Shown piece after piece: positions 20,393-31,184 of a stretch of DNA of 64,000 nucleotides (positions within the stretch are counted from its first letter, which is position 1; each line of letters opens with the position of its first letter). Made by a program: the position numbers and the translations under genes. The notes under the pieces are model-generated. The model was not told the origin of the DNA. It was given only the letters and a program-made list of their open reading frames with translations, and ran no database searches. Location: assembly GCA_965226885.1 (NCBI GenBank), contig CBDDEL010000016.1, positions 160,001 through 224,000 on the forward strand, given 5' to 3'. The stretch is from Opitutales bacterium (lineage in GTDB: Bacteria; Verrucomicrobiota; Verrucomicrobiia; Opitutales; UBA2987).

Positions 20393-22378
20393 ATGCGTAT
20401 CTGGTTACTGGTTTCGGAATGGACTGGAAAAAACAGCGGCGGCATTGCCCGTTACGCCGCCAACTTTGCGGGGCTACTGGGGCAACAGGGTCATCAGGTA
20501 ACGGTCATTACCGGCGACCGGCATGAAAGTTTGAGTGAAGTGGGACCGGGAGTGCAACTAGTGGCCGTGGAACCCCATGCGGAAAAGTTGGTAAAAACCA
20601 TGAGCCGCCCGGCGATGTTGAGCTACCGGTTGGCTCAAACCGTTGAATCTCTGGCCCGAAGCCAACCCAAACCGGACCTGGTGGAGGTCCAGGATTACAA
20701 CGCCCTGGGCTATTTTCTGATGCTCAATCGTTTGCTGGGCAGATCGACCCTGACCAATGTTCCCGTTGCCCTGTACCTGCACTCCCCGGATTTTCGCCTG
20801 CGGCAGATCAACCGCGAAAACCGCTTCCGGCTGCCGTTTTATTGGATTGGCCGGATGGAAAAATTCTGCCTCCTGGCCGCCGATGCCATTTTGTCCCCCA
20901 GCCGGTTTTTGCCGGACGACCTGAAACAGCACCTGAACCTGCCACGAGAACCGGAGGTCATCCCCTATCCTCTGGACAACAAAGGAATCGAAACCGAACC
21001 GTGTCCCGGAATCAACGACACGATTCTATACCCCGGACGCCTGGAGGTGCGTAAAGGCATCCTTAATCTGGTCGAAGCTTGCCATTCGCTCTGGTCGGAG
21101 GGCTTGGAATTCACCCTCAAATGCATCGGCGGGGACACCGGTTACGTTCCCGAAAAAACTACGGTAGGGGATTTTATTAATAAACGCTACGGGAAATGGA
21201 TTGAATGCGGCAGGCTGATCCTGACTGGAGAAAAACCCCACGAAGCGATTATTGAGGAAATGCGTAATTCAGCCCTCGTGGTCATCCCCAGCCTATGGGA
21301 AAATTTCCCACACACCTGCATGGAGGCCATGTCGTTGGGTAAAGTCGTGGTCGCCAGCGAAAAGGGCGGGCAGGCGGAAATGATAACCGAAAACGGCCGC
21401 CACGGTTTCCTTTTCAATTGGGATAAGGAGCAAGATTTTGAGCAAAATTTACGAGCCGCCCTCAACCTTAGTCCGCAGGAACGCTTAAACATGGGCCAAT
21501 CGGCTCGGCAGCGGATTCTGGCTTTATGTCACCCGCAAAAAATAGCCGAACAAAGGATCGAGCACATGCAGAAAGTGATCGAAGACTTTCAACCCGGCGC
21601 TACCATGCCCACGGTTTACTCCCCGGCAAAAAACCTGCCAAAATCGTCCCCTGAATCATCAACACCATTGACGCCCGGCCTGGTCACGGCAGCGCTGGAG
21701 AGAACAACCCCCGAAAGTCATATGGAAAGAGAGGTGGATTGTGTTCACAAATCCGATTATAAAACCGTGGAGGTCCGGGTCATCGAAAATGGCGATGGGG
21801 AAAGCTGGAAGCGGGAAATTAAGAAAGTCCGAGGCGAATATATGCTTTTTCTGAAAACGGGCACATTGCTGGGACCGTCTTTTATCCGCAAGGGGATCGA
21901 GGCACTCAAGAGGTTGCCAAATGTTGCCTTCGTTTATTCATGGTATTTTACGGACAAGGAACGATCTAATATCAAACCGGCCTGGAATATCGACCTGCCC
22001 TATTTTTTGGTCAAAAACATGGTTGGACCCGCCGTTTTAGCCCGCACGACTGAAGTTCTCAAAGTATTGTCCGGCACGAAAAAGCTGGCCGGAATAGCGG
22101 AAATATGGCCAGCATTGATCGAATCCGGAGCCATTGGCGTGAGCCTTCCAGAGCCCTTGGCCAGCATAGATGTGCTCCCTCCATCGTCGCCGGAAGGCAC
22201 CGGCCAACCTCGACTGCATCGTGAATTTGGGTCGGATTTGAAAGAATTACGGAAAGCCAACGGCCCGGAAAATACCTGGATCGATCCATCTCTCGACTCG
22301 CTCTGGTTCAATGAAAAAAGGCGGCAAGAGAAACGCGACACCCGGTTGCCTTTCAGCCTGTGGCGCGGGAAAAAGTGA
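20393..22378 (+). CDS. GT4 glycosyltransferase with a C-terminal degenerate GT2-like domain
   Basis: GGIARY, GRLEVRKG, PSLWENFPHTCMEAM. Confidence 0.85.
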   Translation: MRIWLLVSEWTGKNSGGIARYAANFAGLLGQQGHQVTVITGDRHESLSEVGPGVQLVAVEPHAEKLVKTMSRPAMLSYRLAQTVESLARSQPKPDLVEVQDYNALGYFLMLNRLLGRSTLTNVPVALYLHSPDFRLRQINRENRFRLPFYWIGRMEKFCLLAADAILSPSRFLPDDLKQHLNLPREPEVIPYPLDNKGIETEPCPGINDTILYPGRLEVRKGILNLVEACHSLWSEGLEFTLKCIGGDTGYVPEKTTVGDFINKRYGKWIECGRLILTGEKPHEAIIEEMRNSALVVIPSLWENFPHTCMEAMSLGKVVVASEKGGQAEMITENGRHGFLFNWDKEQDFEQNLRAALNLSPQERLNMGQSARQRILALCHPQKIAEQRIEHMQKVIEDFQPGATMPTVYSPAKNLPKSSPESSTPLTPGLVTAALERTTPESHMEREVDCVHKSDYKTVEVRVIENGDGESWKREIKKVRGEYMLFLKTGTLLGPSFIRKGIEALKRLPNVAFVYSWYFTDKERSNIKPAWNIDLPYFLVKNMVGPAVLARTTEVLKVLSGTKKLAGIAEIWPALIESGAIGVSLPEPLASIDVLPPSSPEGTGQPRLHREFGSDLKELRKANGPENTWIDPSLDSLWFNEKRRQEKRDTRLPFSLWRGKK

Positions 22379-22507
22379 AAAGCGGAACATTGGCCATCCC
22401 TCGCGGTCAGGGCGCTATGCAGATCCGGTTGTTAATAAATACGTTGATTTTCCGGTTTTTTAAGCTAATGTTTAAGAGGAAAAAACAGAGAATTTTTTAA
22501 TTCATAT

Positions 22508-23266
22508 ATGGCCATATTAGGCACAGTTTATGTTTTCCCCGTATTGTTGATGATTGCGGGCATATCTTTCGGCCAGGACTTCGGCAGCCTGCATGAAAAT
22601 TCTCCCTTCGTGCCCTCCAATTTTAATCCCAGAAACAAGGCGAAGCCGATAAGAAAGAGCGCCAAGGACAACCGAAGGCCACAATTCGAGTTTCAGGGGG
22701 TTTACCAAATCGGCGAAAACTGGATGTTTTCCATCCTCAACAAAACGACCAACCAAAGCGAATGGGTGGGCCTGAACGACTCCTCCAGCAACTACCAAGT
22801 ATCTCATTTCGACTCCGATACCAATACTGTCTCCTTCAACTACCAAAATACTCCCCAGGAAATTACCCTTAGAAAGAGGTCGGACAAATCGATCCCTGTT
22901 ATTTTGGCCAAAAGCCAGCAGCGCCAGCAACCCAAGCGAAGAGTCCCGGTGAGGCGCAAGGTGAACCCCAAACTGCCCAAAAATCCGCCCACCGCCGCGC
23001 CCACCGCCGCCCCGTCCACACCGCCTCCCAGTTTCAGGCCACCGCCCCTGCCCACTTCGATTGCTGAACGGCGGGCCTTGGCTCGCAAAACGGCCATTTC
23101 TTCCATGGGCACTGGACAAGGTAATAACAGTAACAGCCTGTTCAAAGCGCCGACCTCAGGAACAGGGGGATTACCCCCCGGCATGACTGGACCGCCGACG
23201 GGCCGCCCACCATCAGCTCCACCTCCCGGACCGCCCCCGGGCGCACGCCCGCCTCGCAGAAATTAA
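22508..23266 (+). CDS. Exported hypothetical protein with a proline-rich C-terminus
   Basis: N-terminal hydrophobic signal, small beta-rich domain (FEFQGVYQIG...), polyproline tail. Confidence 0.75.
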   Translation: MAILGTVYVFPVLLMIAGISFGQDFGSLHENSPFVPSNFNPRNKAKPIRKSAKDNRRPQFEFQGVYQIGENWMFSILNKTTNQSEWVGLNDSSSNYQVSHFDSDTNTVSFNYQNTPQEITLRKRSDKSIPVILAKSQQRQQPKRRVPVRRKVNPKLPKNPPTAAPTAAPSTPPPSFRPPPLPTSIAERRALARKTAISSMGTGQGNNSNSLFKAPTSGTGGLPPGMTGPPTGRPPSAPPPGPPPGARPPRRN

Positions 23267-23306
23267 AAACCCACTCAGGCCGCTGAAAGCGGTTTCAGAT
23301 AGCCGG

Positions 23307-24173
23307 TCAAACAACGTCGGCAAAGCCTGGCTTTAGACGGGTAAAAATACGGTTGCCCAGGAACAGGATGACGAAACCGGCCAGGTAAATGTAAAGGAGC
23401 GGCCCGAATTCCGGGGTCTGTTTCCACAACAACACGTCGCGGCCCAGGCCAATGGCGTGAATGAGGGGATTGATGCGCAGGAGCGGCCAGATGGCCTCCG
23501 GCACCATGGAGGCGGAAAAAAAGATCCCGCTCATGTAGAACAAAACCGTGCTCACGAACTGGGTCAGCGGGATGAGGTCCCGGAAAAACACCCCCAGGGC
23601 GGAAATCATCCAGGACAACCCGAGGCTCATTAAAATGATCGGGAAAATGACGACCGGGAACCACAGGGCATTCCACCCCAGCCCCGGCCCCCAAACAACG
23701 ACCCCGATAAGGCAGAGCAGCAGGCTGATCAAAAAATGATAAACCGAAGCCAGGACCGAGGCGGCGGGCAGAATTTCCAGCGGGAACACGATTTTTTTGA
23801 TAAAATTCGGGTTCCCCAGGATGGATTGTGGTGCCATGAAAAGGGTTTCCGAAATGAGCCCGAAAGTAGTCAATCCGATAAAAATACCGAGCGCGAAATC
23901 GAGCGAGGTGGACCCTTCCACATGCTTGAAACGCCCATCGAAAATAATCCCGAAAATAAAGGTGTACAAACCAAGCATGAGGAGCGGGTTGAGGATCGAC
24001 CACAAAATCCCCAGATAACTGCCCTTATGCCGCAATTTAACGTTACGGATGGTAAACTGCCACAAAAGCTCACGTTTACGATAAAGATTGCCCAAACCCA
24101 TCAGCCCGAGCGGCGCTTTGGCATCCGCAGCCCCGCTCTCATCACTTTTTTCTTTAAAAATTTCCGATTGCAC
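23307..24173 (-). CDS. wzm: ABC-2 polysaccharide export permease (Wzm/RfbA-like)
   Basis: RHKGSYLGILWSILNPLLML, IKKIVFPLE, GVFFRD, NPL. Confidence 0.88.
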   Translation of the reverse strand: MQSEIFKEKSDESGAADAKAPLGLMGLGNLYRKRELLWQFTIRNVKLRHKGSYLGILWSILNPLLMLGLYTFIFGIIFDGRFKHVEGSTSLDFALGIFIGLTTFGLISETLFMAPQSILGNPNFIKKIVFPLEILPAASVLASVYHFLISLLLCLIGVVVWGPGLGWNALWFPVVIFPIILMSLGLSWMISALGVFFRDLIPLTQFVSTVLFYMSGIFFSASMVPEAIWPLLRINPLIHAIGLGRDVLLWKQTPEFGPLLYIYLAGFVILFLGNRIFTRLKPGFADVV

Positions 24174-24315
24174 AATCCCAGCATAAATAAAAGAACCGCC
24201 CCCTCCTCAAGACAATTCCCACCCACCCCAACTAGAACCACCGTCAGCGCCCCAACGCCTGAGGATTATTTCCTTTCCAAGATGAGGGATAAAGCGTAAG
24301 TTTTCCGACGAGGCA

Positions 24316-27300
24316 ATGAACCAGGAAATCGCCAGTTGGATTTTAGGAGGAATTTTTCTTTTATTTCACTTGTGGGCTTTTATCTGGGGTCCAGACGAAC
24401 TGCCGCAGCAAAAACACAAATTCCTCGCTCTCTCAGCCGCTTTGCTGGCAGGTTTCCTAGCTTTTTTTCTAAGCGGGAGTATCGCTTTGGTCGCAAATCC
24501 CGATTTACCGCAATTTGGGAAAACCAGTATCCAGGCCGGTAGCGGTTTCGCGCTGTTTCTTATCGTTCTTCTTTGGTGGAGATCGGAAAAAGCGCCAATT
24601 AGCCAGAAGGGATTGCACAAAAAGCTCGATTTAATCATCGCTCAAAACGAAGCAATACAGGATGCAATGATTAAATCCCAGCCGCCAGTGGAGTCGGTTC
24701 AGGACGCGAATAAACCACTGCCTGAGGAGGAACGCGCGGCGTATGAGGAGCGAATCGCCGAATTGGAGCAAACGGAAAGGGAAGCTGAGAAATATAATCG
24801 CGAGTTGGAGCGGCGGCTGGAAACACATCTTTCTTTTGCAAGTGTATTACTGCGAGAAGCTAAATACAAAGACGCAGAAGCGGTTTGCGCGGCCTGTTGG
24901 AGGTTCACCCGGAAAATTCAAGTATTCTAAGTGGTCTTTTTATTGCGCTATACGCACAGGCCAAATTTCAGAGTGCGGAACAGCTCGTAAAACACGCTCT
25001 GAAGATTGATGAGCAAATATTAGAACCAAACCACCCCCTTATCGCCAGAGACCTAAACAACTTGGCCACACTGCTGCAGGCTACCAATCGTTTAAAGGAG
25101 GCCGAGCCTTTCATGCGCCGCGCCCTTGATATTTTTGAAACATCCTACGGTTCCGACCATCCCGATGTCGCTACTAGTCTCAACAACTTAGTAGCACTAC
25201 TGCTTGACACCAACCGCCTCGATCAGGCCGAACCTCTTATGCGCCGTGCCCTCCAAATCGACGAGGATGCTTACGGTCCCAATCACCCCAATGTCGCTTT
25301 TGACCTCAACAACTTAGCCCACTTACTGCAGAATACCAACCGTCTCGATCAGGCAGAGCCCCTCATTCGGCGAGCCCTCCAAATCGACGAGGATGTTTTC
25401 GGTCTTAACCACCCCAATGTCGCCACTAACCTCAACAACTTAGCCTCACTGCTGCAGGATACTAATCGCCCCGAACAGGCTGAACCGCTTTTTCGGCGTG
25501 CCCTCCAAATCGACGAGGATGCTTTTGGCTCCAACCACCCCGATGTCGCCACTAACCTGAGCAACCTAGCCGCACCCTAGCCGCACTACTGAAGGCTACT
25601 AACCGTCTCGAACAGGCAGAGCCCCTCATTTGTCGCGCCCTCCAAATTGACGAGGATGTTTTCGGTCCCAATCACCCCAATGTCGCCATACGCCTCAATA
25701 ACCTAGCTACACTGTTGCAGGTCACTAATCGCCCCAAACTGACGTGTACTGGATTTGTTGGACACGGGATTCTCTTATATTCATTGTTTATTGATTAGTG
25801 TGTCAGGCGGCTTGTTTTGGTAAAGGGTTTTGTTTTCTCGTTGCCCCCCATGGGGGGCAAATATTTTCCTCGAATTGGACTGGGCTTTGGTAACTCAGAG
25901 AGGAATGTTTGCGATATCGGTTGTAGAAGATTTCCACGTATTCGAAGACAGTTGATCGCAGTTCGCGCTCGTCGGCAAAGTGGCGGCCTCGAATCGTGCT
26001 GGTCTTGAAGCGGCCGTAGAACGATTCCATGGCCGCGTTGTCGTAGCAGTTGCCTTGGGCGCTCATGCTCGGCTTCATGCCTAGTTCAGAGACCAGCCTC
26101 TGATAGTCGTCGCTGGCGTAGGGGCTGCCCCGATCGCTGTGATGAATAATCCCGGTGCGCAGTGTGCCGCGGGTCATGGCCGCGGCTTTGAGGGCCTTGC
26201 CAACCAGCTTCGCGTCGTTGTGGTTGGAAACGCTCCAGCCCAGCAGGCGTCGGCTGAACAGGTCCATCACCGTGGCCAAGTACATCCAACCGGCCAGGGT
26301 CCGTAGGTAGGTCGTGTCCGCCACCCAGACCTCGTCGATATGGGTCGGCTGGCCATGCTTTTTAAGCACATTGGGGCTGTAACCATAGGGATGGTTACTG
26401 TTGGTTTTTAATGGCTTAAAGCGTTTACTCTGGGTGCTTTTGATTCCCATTTCACGCATCAGACGCAGAGCCCGGTCACGGCCGCAATCGATGCCCTCAT
26501 CATCCTTCAGATGGCGGTGCATTGGCCGATGCCCATAGCGGCCCTTGGCCTCTTTGTGTACCTTCAGGATCGCCCCCTTGATTCCCTCGTCCTCGATCCG
26601 CCGGGCCGAGGGCGCTCGGTGCCTCCAGCAGTAATAGCCACTGCGACAAATCCCCATCGCCGAGCATATTTCCTCGATCTTGAAGCGCCCCTCGTTGTCT
26701 TTGACAAACTGGTACTTCATTGTTCGTCCTTGGCAAAGTAGCCCACCGTTTTTTTTAGTATCTGGTTGATCCGCTCCGAGCGGCGCAGCTCTTTGCGAAG
26801 ACGATCTATCTCGGCCGCCATCTCCTTCGGACTGCTCTGTCGCTTTGAGGTGGCTTCGCCCTGCTGATCGTCCAGATAGAGCCTCTTCCACCTATACAAT
26901 TGGTTGGTGTTGACCCCAAGTTTGGTCGATACCTCGGTGGCGCTCAGACCATCGAGTATCATCAGTTGAACTGCCTCATTTTTGAACTCTATACTGCGTC
27001 TTCTTCCCATGCTTCGATTCTCCATTTAGGAGAATCTCGTGTCCACTTTTTCCAGTGCACATCAAACAGGCTGAACCGCTTTTTTGGCGCGCCCTCCAAA
27101 TCGACGAGGATTCTTTCGGTCCCGACCATCCTAAGATCGCCATCCGTCTCAACAACCTGGCCCTACTGCTGAAGGCCACCAATCGCATTGATCAAGCCGA
27201 GCCACTTATGCGCCGTGCCCTCAAAATCGACGAGGATGCTTTCGATTACGACCACCCGAAGGTCGCCGTACGCCTCAACAACTTAGGTACACTGTTTAAG

Positions 27301-27447
27301 GCCACCAAACGCCTCGAAGAGGCTGAGCCCCTTATGCGGCGTTCGTTGGAGATTCTTGAGAACCTGAATTACGAGCACCCGAGTAAGGAAGCGGTTAGCA
27401 AGAATTTGGAAACTTTATTAAAAGAAATGGAGGAGCGCGGTGAGTGA
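24316..27447 (+). pseudogene. Membrane-anchored TPR (42-aa TPR_12-type) repeat protein, broken by a frameshift near 24885, an 11-bp duplication at 25565-25586 and an IS3 insertion
   Basis: Three N-terminal TM helices, a coiled coil, then eight LxIDE..GxxHPxVAxxLNNLAxLL repeats spanning the breaks. Confidence 0.88.
25740..27064 (-). mobile_element. IS3-family element type B, copy 2
   Basis: Same IRs and ORFs as 11176-12503; AAC target duplication. Confidence 0.95.
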
Positions 27448-28417
27448 GGGTTGCGACAATAACAAGCTGCCGGTGCCGGTGGTTTTGGATACTGATCCGG
27501 GGATTGATGATGCGGTGGCTTTGATGCTGGCTTTGGCTTCGCCGGGGGAGATTCATCTCGTCGGAATTTCCACCACGGGCGGGAATGTCGGACGGCAGAG
27601 CGCTTTCGAGAATGCCCACCGGCTGCTGCAACTCTTTGGGCGAGACGATTTGCCGGTCGGTTTTGGTTGGGGTGAAGAGGAGGATGCTCCGTCGGCCCGT
27701 CATATTCACGGGGCGGACGGCATGGGTGAAACGGGCCTGCCCTTGGCGGGCGAGCCGGAGAAAATTCCGTCGGTCGAACTGCTGGCGCGATTGGCCCGCG
27801 AGCACTCCGGGCGGCTTGTGCTGGTGGCGGTGGGTCCATTGACCAATGTGGCCGCCCTTTTGCGGGAATATCCCGATTGCCAAAAGGACATCGCCCGCCT
27901 CGTCGTCATGGGCGGAGCTGTCAAACGGAGCGGCAACGTCACTCCCGCGGCCGAGTTCAACATTTATAAAGACCCTGAAGCGGCGGCGGAAGTTTTCTCC
28001 TGCAGGCTGCCCCTGCAATTGGTCCCACTGGACGCCACCTGCAAAGCTCTTTTTCCTCCGGACCGTCTCGCCGCATTCGACTCCCTGCGCTCGCCCCAAG
28101 CGGATTTTTTCCGGCAGCTGCTGCGGTTTCATTTCCGGGCCAGCCAGCTGGCTTTGGGAGTGAAAGGCAGTTATTTGCACGATCCCCTGGCGGTGGCCTC
28201 GCTCATCGCCCCGGAGCTATTGCGGTTCGAGCCGGTCCATTGCGTGTTGGAAACGCAAGGGGAATGGACCCGAGGGATGACCCTCTGCGATTTTCGCTAC
28301 GGCAGCAAAAAGCGCCAGAAACCTAACATCGAGGTAGCAGCCGATGCCGACGGCGAAGGGTTTATCGATCTGCTTTGCGAAAGGCTTTTGGCCTACTTGA
28401 AGAATTTCGAGGGATAA
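27440..28417 (+). CDS. Nucleoside hydrolase (IUNH/Rih family)
   Basis: DTDPGIDDAVAL, HIHGADGMG, GPLTN, AEFNIYKDPEAA, LHDPLAV. Confidence 0.93.
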   Translation: MSEGCDNNKLPVPVVLDTDPGIDDAVALMLALASPGEIHLVGISTTGGNVGRQSAFENAHRLLQLFGRDDLPVGFGWGEEEDAPSARHIHGADGMGETGLPLAGEPEKIPSVELLARLAREHSGRLVLVAVGPLTNVAALLREYPDCQKDIARLVVMGGAVKRSGNVTPAAEFNIYKDPEAAAEVFSCRLPLQLVPLDATCKALFPPDRLAAFDSLRSPQADFFRQLLRFHFRASQLALGVKGSYLHDPLAVASLIAPELLRFEPVHCVLETQGEWTRGMTLCDFRYGSKKRQKPNIEVAADADGEGFIDLLCERLLAYLKNFEG

Positions 28418-28437
28418 GCGTTCGGCAGGAAAACCGC

Positions 28438-29451
28438 TTATTCAGCCAAATTTTGGGCAACCTCACGGGCGAAATAGGTGAGGATCATGTCGGCCCCGGC
28501 CCGTTTGATGGCGAGGAGGGATTCATGGCGAATTTTTTCGAGATCGAGCCAGCCCAAACGGGCGGCGGCGTGGATTTGGGCATATTCGCCGGAGACCTGA
28601 TAGGCCGCCACGGGCAAGTCGGTCGAGTCCCTCAACTCGCGAATGATATCGAGGTAGAGCCCGGCCGGTTTAACCATGAGGATGTCGGCCCCTTCCTGTT
28701 CATCGAGAAGCGTTTCCACTTGAGCCTCCCGGCGGTTGGCGGGATTGAGTTGGTAGGTTTGTTTGCCCAAAAGCTTTGTGCCGGCTGCCGAGGCGCTGCC
28801 CACGGCTTCGCGAAAGGGTCCGTAGTAGGCGGAATTGTATTTGGCCGAATAGGCCATGATACCCGTATTTTCGAAACCCTTCTCGTCCAGGCTTTGGCGA
28901 ATCGCCCCGATGCGGCCATCCATCATATCGGAGGGGGCCACAAAATCCACCCCCGCCTCGGCGTTAAGCACGGCCATTCGGGTGAGGATGGCCACCGTGC
29001 GGTCGTTATCCACATCAGTTTTGTCCCCGTTGAGAACCCCGTCGTGCCCGTGGGAGGTATAGGGATCGAGAGCGATGTCCGTAATGACGGCGAGTTGCGG
29101 GAAATTATTCTTGATCATTTTCACCGCGCGCAACACGAGGGTGTTTTCATTGAGCGCGCCGCTGCCCTCCTCGTCCTTTAAAGAGGGTTCCAGGGCCGGA
29201 AAAAGCGCAACTGCGGGTATGCCGGTGGCGGCCAGGGATTCGCATTCCTTTATAAGATGATCGAGAGTTAACCTCTGCTGGCCGGGCAGGGAGGCAATCT
29301 CTTGCGGGGACCCCTGCCCATCGATGACAAACAAGGGCATTATCAAATCGTTCACACCAACTTGCGTCTCCTCAACCAGGGCGCGAATGGAAGCGGTTCG
29401 GCGCAATCTGCGGGGCCGTCGCGTCAGAATCATGCGAGATGATTTTGGCAT
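28438..29451 (-). CDS. hemB: Porphobilinogen synthase
   Basis: RPRRLR, DIALDPYTSHGHDG, APSDMMDGR, MVKPA, AYQVSGEYA. Confidence 0.97.
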   Translation of the reverse strand: MPKSSRMILTRRPRRLRRTASIRALVEETQVGVNDLIMPLFVIDGQGSPQEIASLPGQQRLTLDHLIKECESLAATGIPAVALFPALEPSLKDEEGSGALNENTLVLRAVKMIKNNFPQLAVITDIALDPYTSHGHDGVLNGDKTDVDNDRTVAILTRMAVLNAEAGVDFVAPSDMMDGRIGAIRQSLDEKGFENTGIMAYSAKYNSAYYGPFREAVGSASAAGTKLLGKQTYQLNPANRREAQVETLLDEQEGADILMVKPAGLYLDIIRELRDSTDLPVAAYQVSGEYAQIHAAARLGWLDLEKIRHESLLAIKRAGADMILTYFAREVAQNLAE

Positions 29452-29545
29452 CTTAGAAAGATTGCACGAAAATTGATTGAATCAAGCCCCTTTATTGTTT
29501 CCCTTGATGCTTCGCTAACCTCAGTTTCCTACAAATTAATTATAA

Positions 29546-30973
29546 ATGCGCCTCTACGATACCATGACCCGCGAGATACAGACCCTCCGGGCGGAGGACG
29601 GGAAAAGATACCGCATGTATTGCTGCGGCCCTACTGTTTACGGGCCGGCCCATATCGGTAATTTTCGCACTTTTCTAATCAACGACATCCTCCGCCGGAT
29701 GCTGGAAGTAGCTGGATTGAAGCCCCTCTATGTCCGCAACATTACCGATGTGGACGACAAGACCATTGCCCAATGCGAGGAAGAAGGGCTCTCCCTGGAG
29801 GCTTTCACCGGTAAATGGATAGACTATTTTCACGAGGACTGCCAAACCCTCAACATGGTTTCTCCGCATGAGGAACCCAAAGCAACCCGGCATATCGAGG
29901 AGCAGATAGAGCTGGTGGAGAAACTGCTGGCCAAAAAACATGCCTACCAGGCGCCCGATGGCTCCGTTTACTTCAAGGTAGAATCCTATCCACCCTATGG
30001 CAGGCTTTCCCGGCTCGACCGCAGAGAACTGCGCACCCAGGCCTCCACCAGCGGCGGCACCCTCAACCTGGCCGATAATTACGACCGGACTTCAGTAGCC
30101 GATTTCGCCCTTTGGAAAAGCCACAAACCGGAAGATGGCGATAATTTCTGGAATAGCCCCTGGGGCAGGGGAAGGCCCGGATGGCACCTGGAGTGCTCGG
30201 CCATGAGCATGAAATACCTGGGTCAACCTTTCGACCTGCACTCGGGGGGTGAAGACCTCTGCTTCCCTCACCACGAAAATGAAATCGCCCAGAGCGAAGC
30301 GGCCACGGGAAAACCTTTTGCCCGCCATTGGTTCCACGCCGTGCATTTGCTCGTTGATGGCAAAAAAATGTCCAAAGGCGACGGGAATTTTTTTACATTG
30401 CGCGATTTGCTGGAAGAAGGCTGGTCCCCCATGGTGATTCGTTACGCCTTGATTTCGGCCCACTACCGCCAACAATTGAACTTTACCCATAATGGCCTCC
30501 ACGCCGCCCAGAGCGCCCTTCAAAAGGTGGAAAAATCGGTCGCCCGCCTGCTCGCAACCACCGGCCGAGGAGAGCAGGACTTTGAAAAAATACCGGTGGA
30601 CTTTTCCGCTCTGACCGAAGGAGGCTTCTCCGAGTCGTGGAAAGCGCTGGAGGAAGACCTCAATGTGCCCGAAGCCATCGGAGCCATGTTCAGCCAGTTA
30701 AAAGAAACCGACCGTGCAGACCTTTCCAGAGAACAAGCCGAGATTACCCTGCGGGAGATACATGCATTGTTATATGCGCTGGGATTGAAGCTTTTTACCG
30801 AAAAACCGAAAGAAACCGAGGCGCCAGCTGAAGTCAGGGAACTGGCAAAACAGCGCTGGAAGGCCAAAACCGAAAAAGACTGGACCCAGGCGGACGCCTT
30901 GCGCGAACAGGTCAAGACTTTGGGTTGGACCATCAAAGACACCCGCGACGGCTACGAACTGGAGGCGCTTTAA
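29546..30973 (+). CDS. cysS: Cysteine--tRNA ligase
   Basis: CGPTVY, HIGN, GRPGWHLECSAM, FPHHENE, KMSK. Confidence 0.97.
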   Translation: MRLYDTMTREIQTLRAEDGKRYRMYCCGPTVYGPAHIGNFRTFLINDILRRMLEVAGLKPLYVRNITDVDDKTIAQCEEEGLSLEAFTGKWIDYFHEDCQTLNMVSPHEEPKATRHIEEQIELVEKLLAKKHAYQAPDGSVYFKVESYPPYGRLSRLDRRELRTQASTSGGTLNLADNYDRTSVADFALWKSHKPEDGDNFWNSPWGRGRPGWHLECSAMSMKYLGQPFDLHSGGEDLCFPHHENEIAQSEAATGKPFARHWFHAVHLLVDGKKMSKGDGNFFTLRDLLEEGWSPMVIRYALISAHYRQQLNFTHNGLHAAQSALQKVEKSVARLLATTGRGEQDFEKIPVDFSALTEGGFSESWKALEEDLNVPEAIGAMFSQLKETDRADLSREQAEITLREIHALLYALGLKLFTEKPKETEAPAEVRELAKQRWKAKTEKDWTQADALREQVKTLGWTIKDTRDGYELEAL

Positions 30974-31046
30974 TTTGGCTTCGTTACTCGACCCTGACGA
31001 TACATCTTGACTTCCCCCCCGGCAAAACAACCCTTCCAGTCAATCT

Positions 31047-31118
31047 ATGCTCATTATCACAGAGACGACCACAACGCGAACTGCCACTGCAAGGGCGGGG
31101 TCTTTCGGCTGTGATTGA
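31047..31118 (+). CDS. Putative threonine-rich attenuator leader peptide (23 aa, MLIITETTTTRTATARAGSFGCD)
   Basis: 7 Thr codons within codons 5-14, immediately upstream of thrS and an intrinsic terminator. Confidence 0.8.
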   Translation: MLIITETTTTRTATARAGSFGCD

Positions 31119-31150
31119 CCAAAACATCGACATAGCCGTCATTTCCCACA

Positions 31151-31184
31151 GGCCCAACGCAGCGAATTTGCCTTGGGCTTTTTT
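31151..31184 (+). terminator. Attenuator terminator in the thrS leader
   Basis: GGCCCAA-C-GCA...TGC-C-TTGGGCT stem followed by a T-tract; its 5' arm can alternatively pair with 31095-31103. Confidence 0.78.

Noticed and set aside
25000..27360. TPR repeats as a diversity-generating retroelement TR/VR pair
   Set aside because: There is no reverse transcriptase in the window, and the differences between repeats are not confined to adenines.
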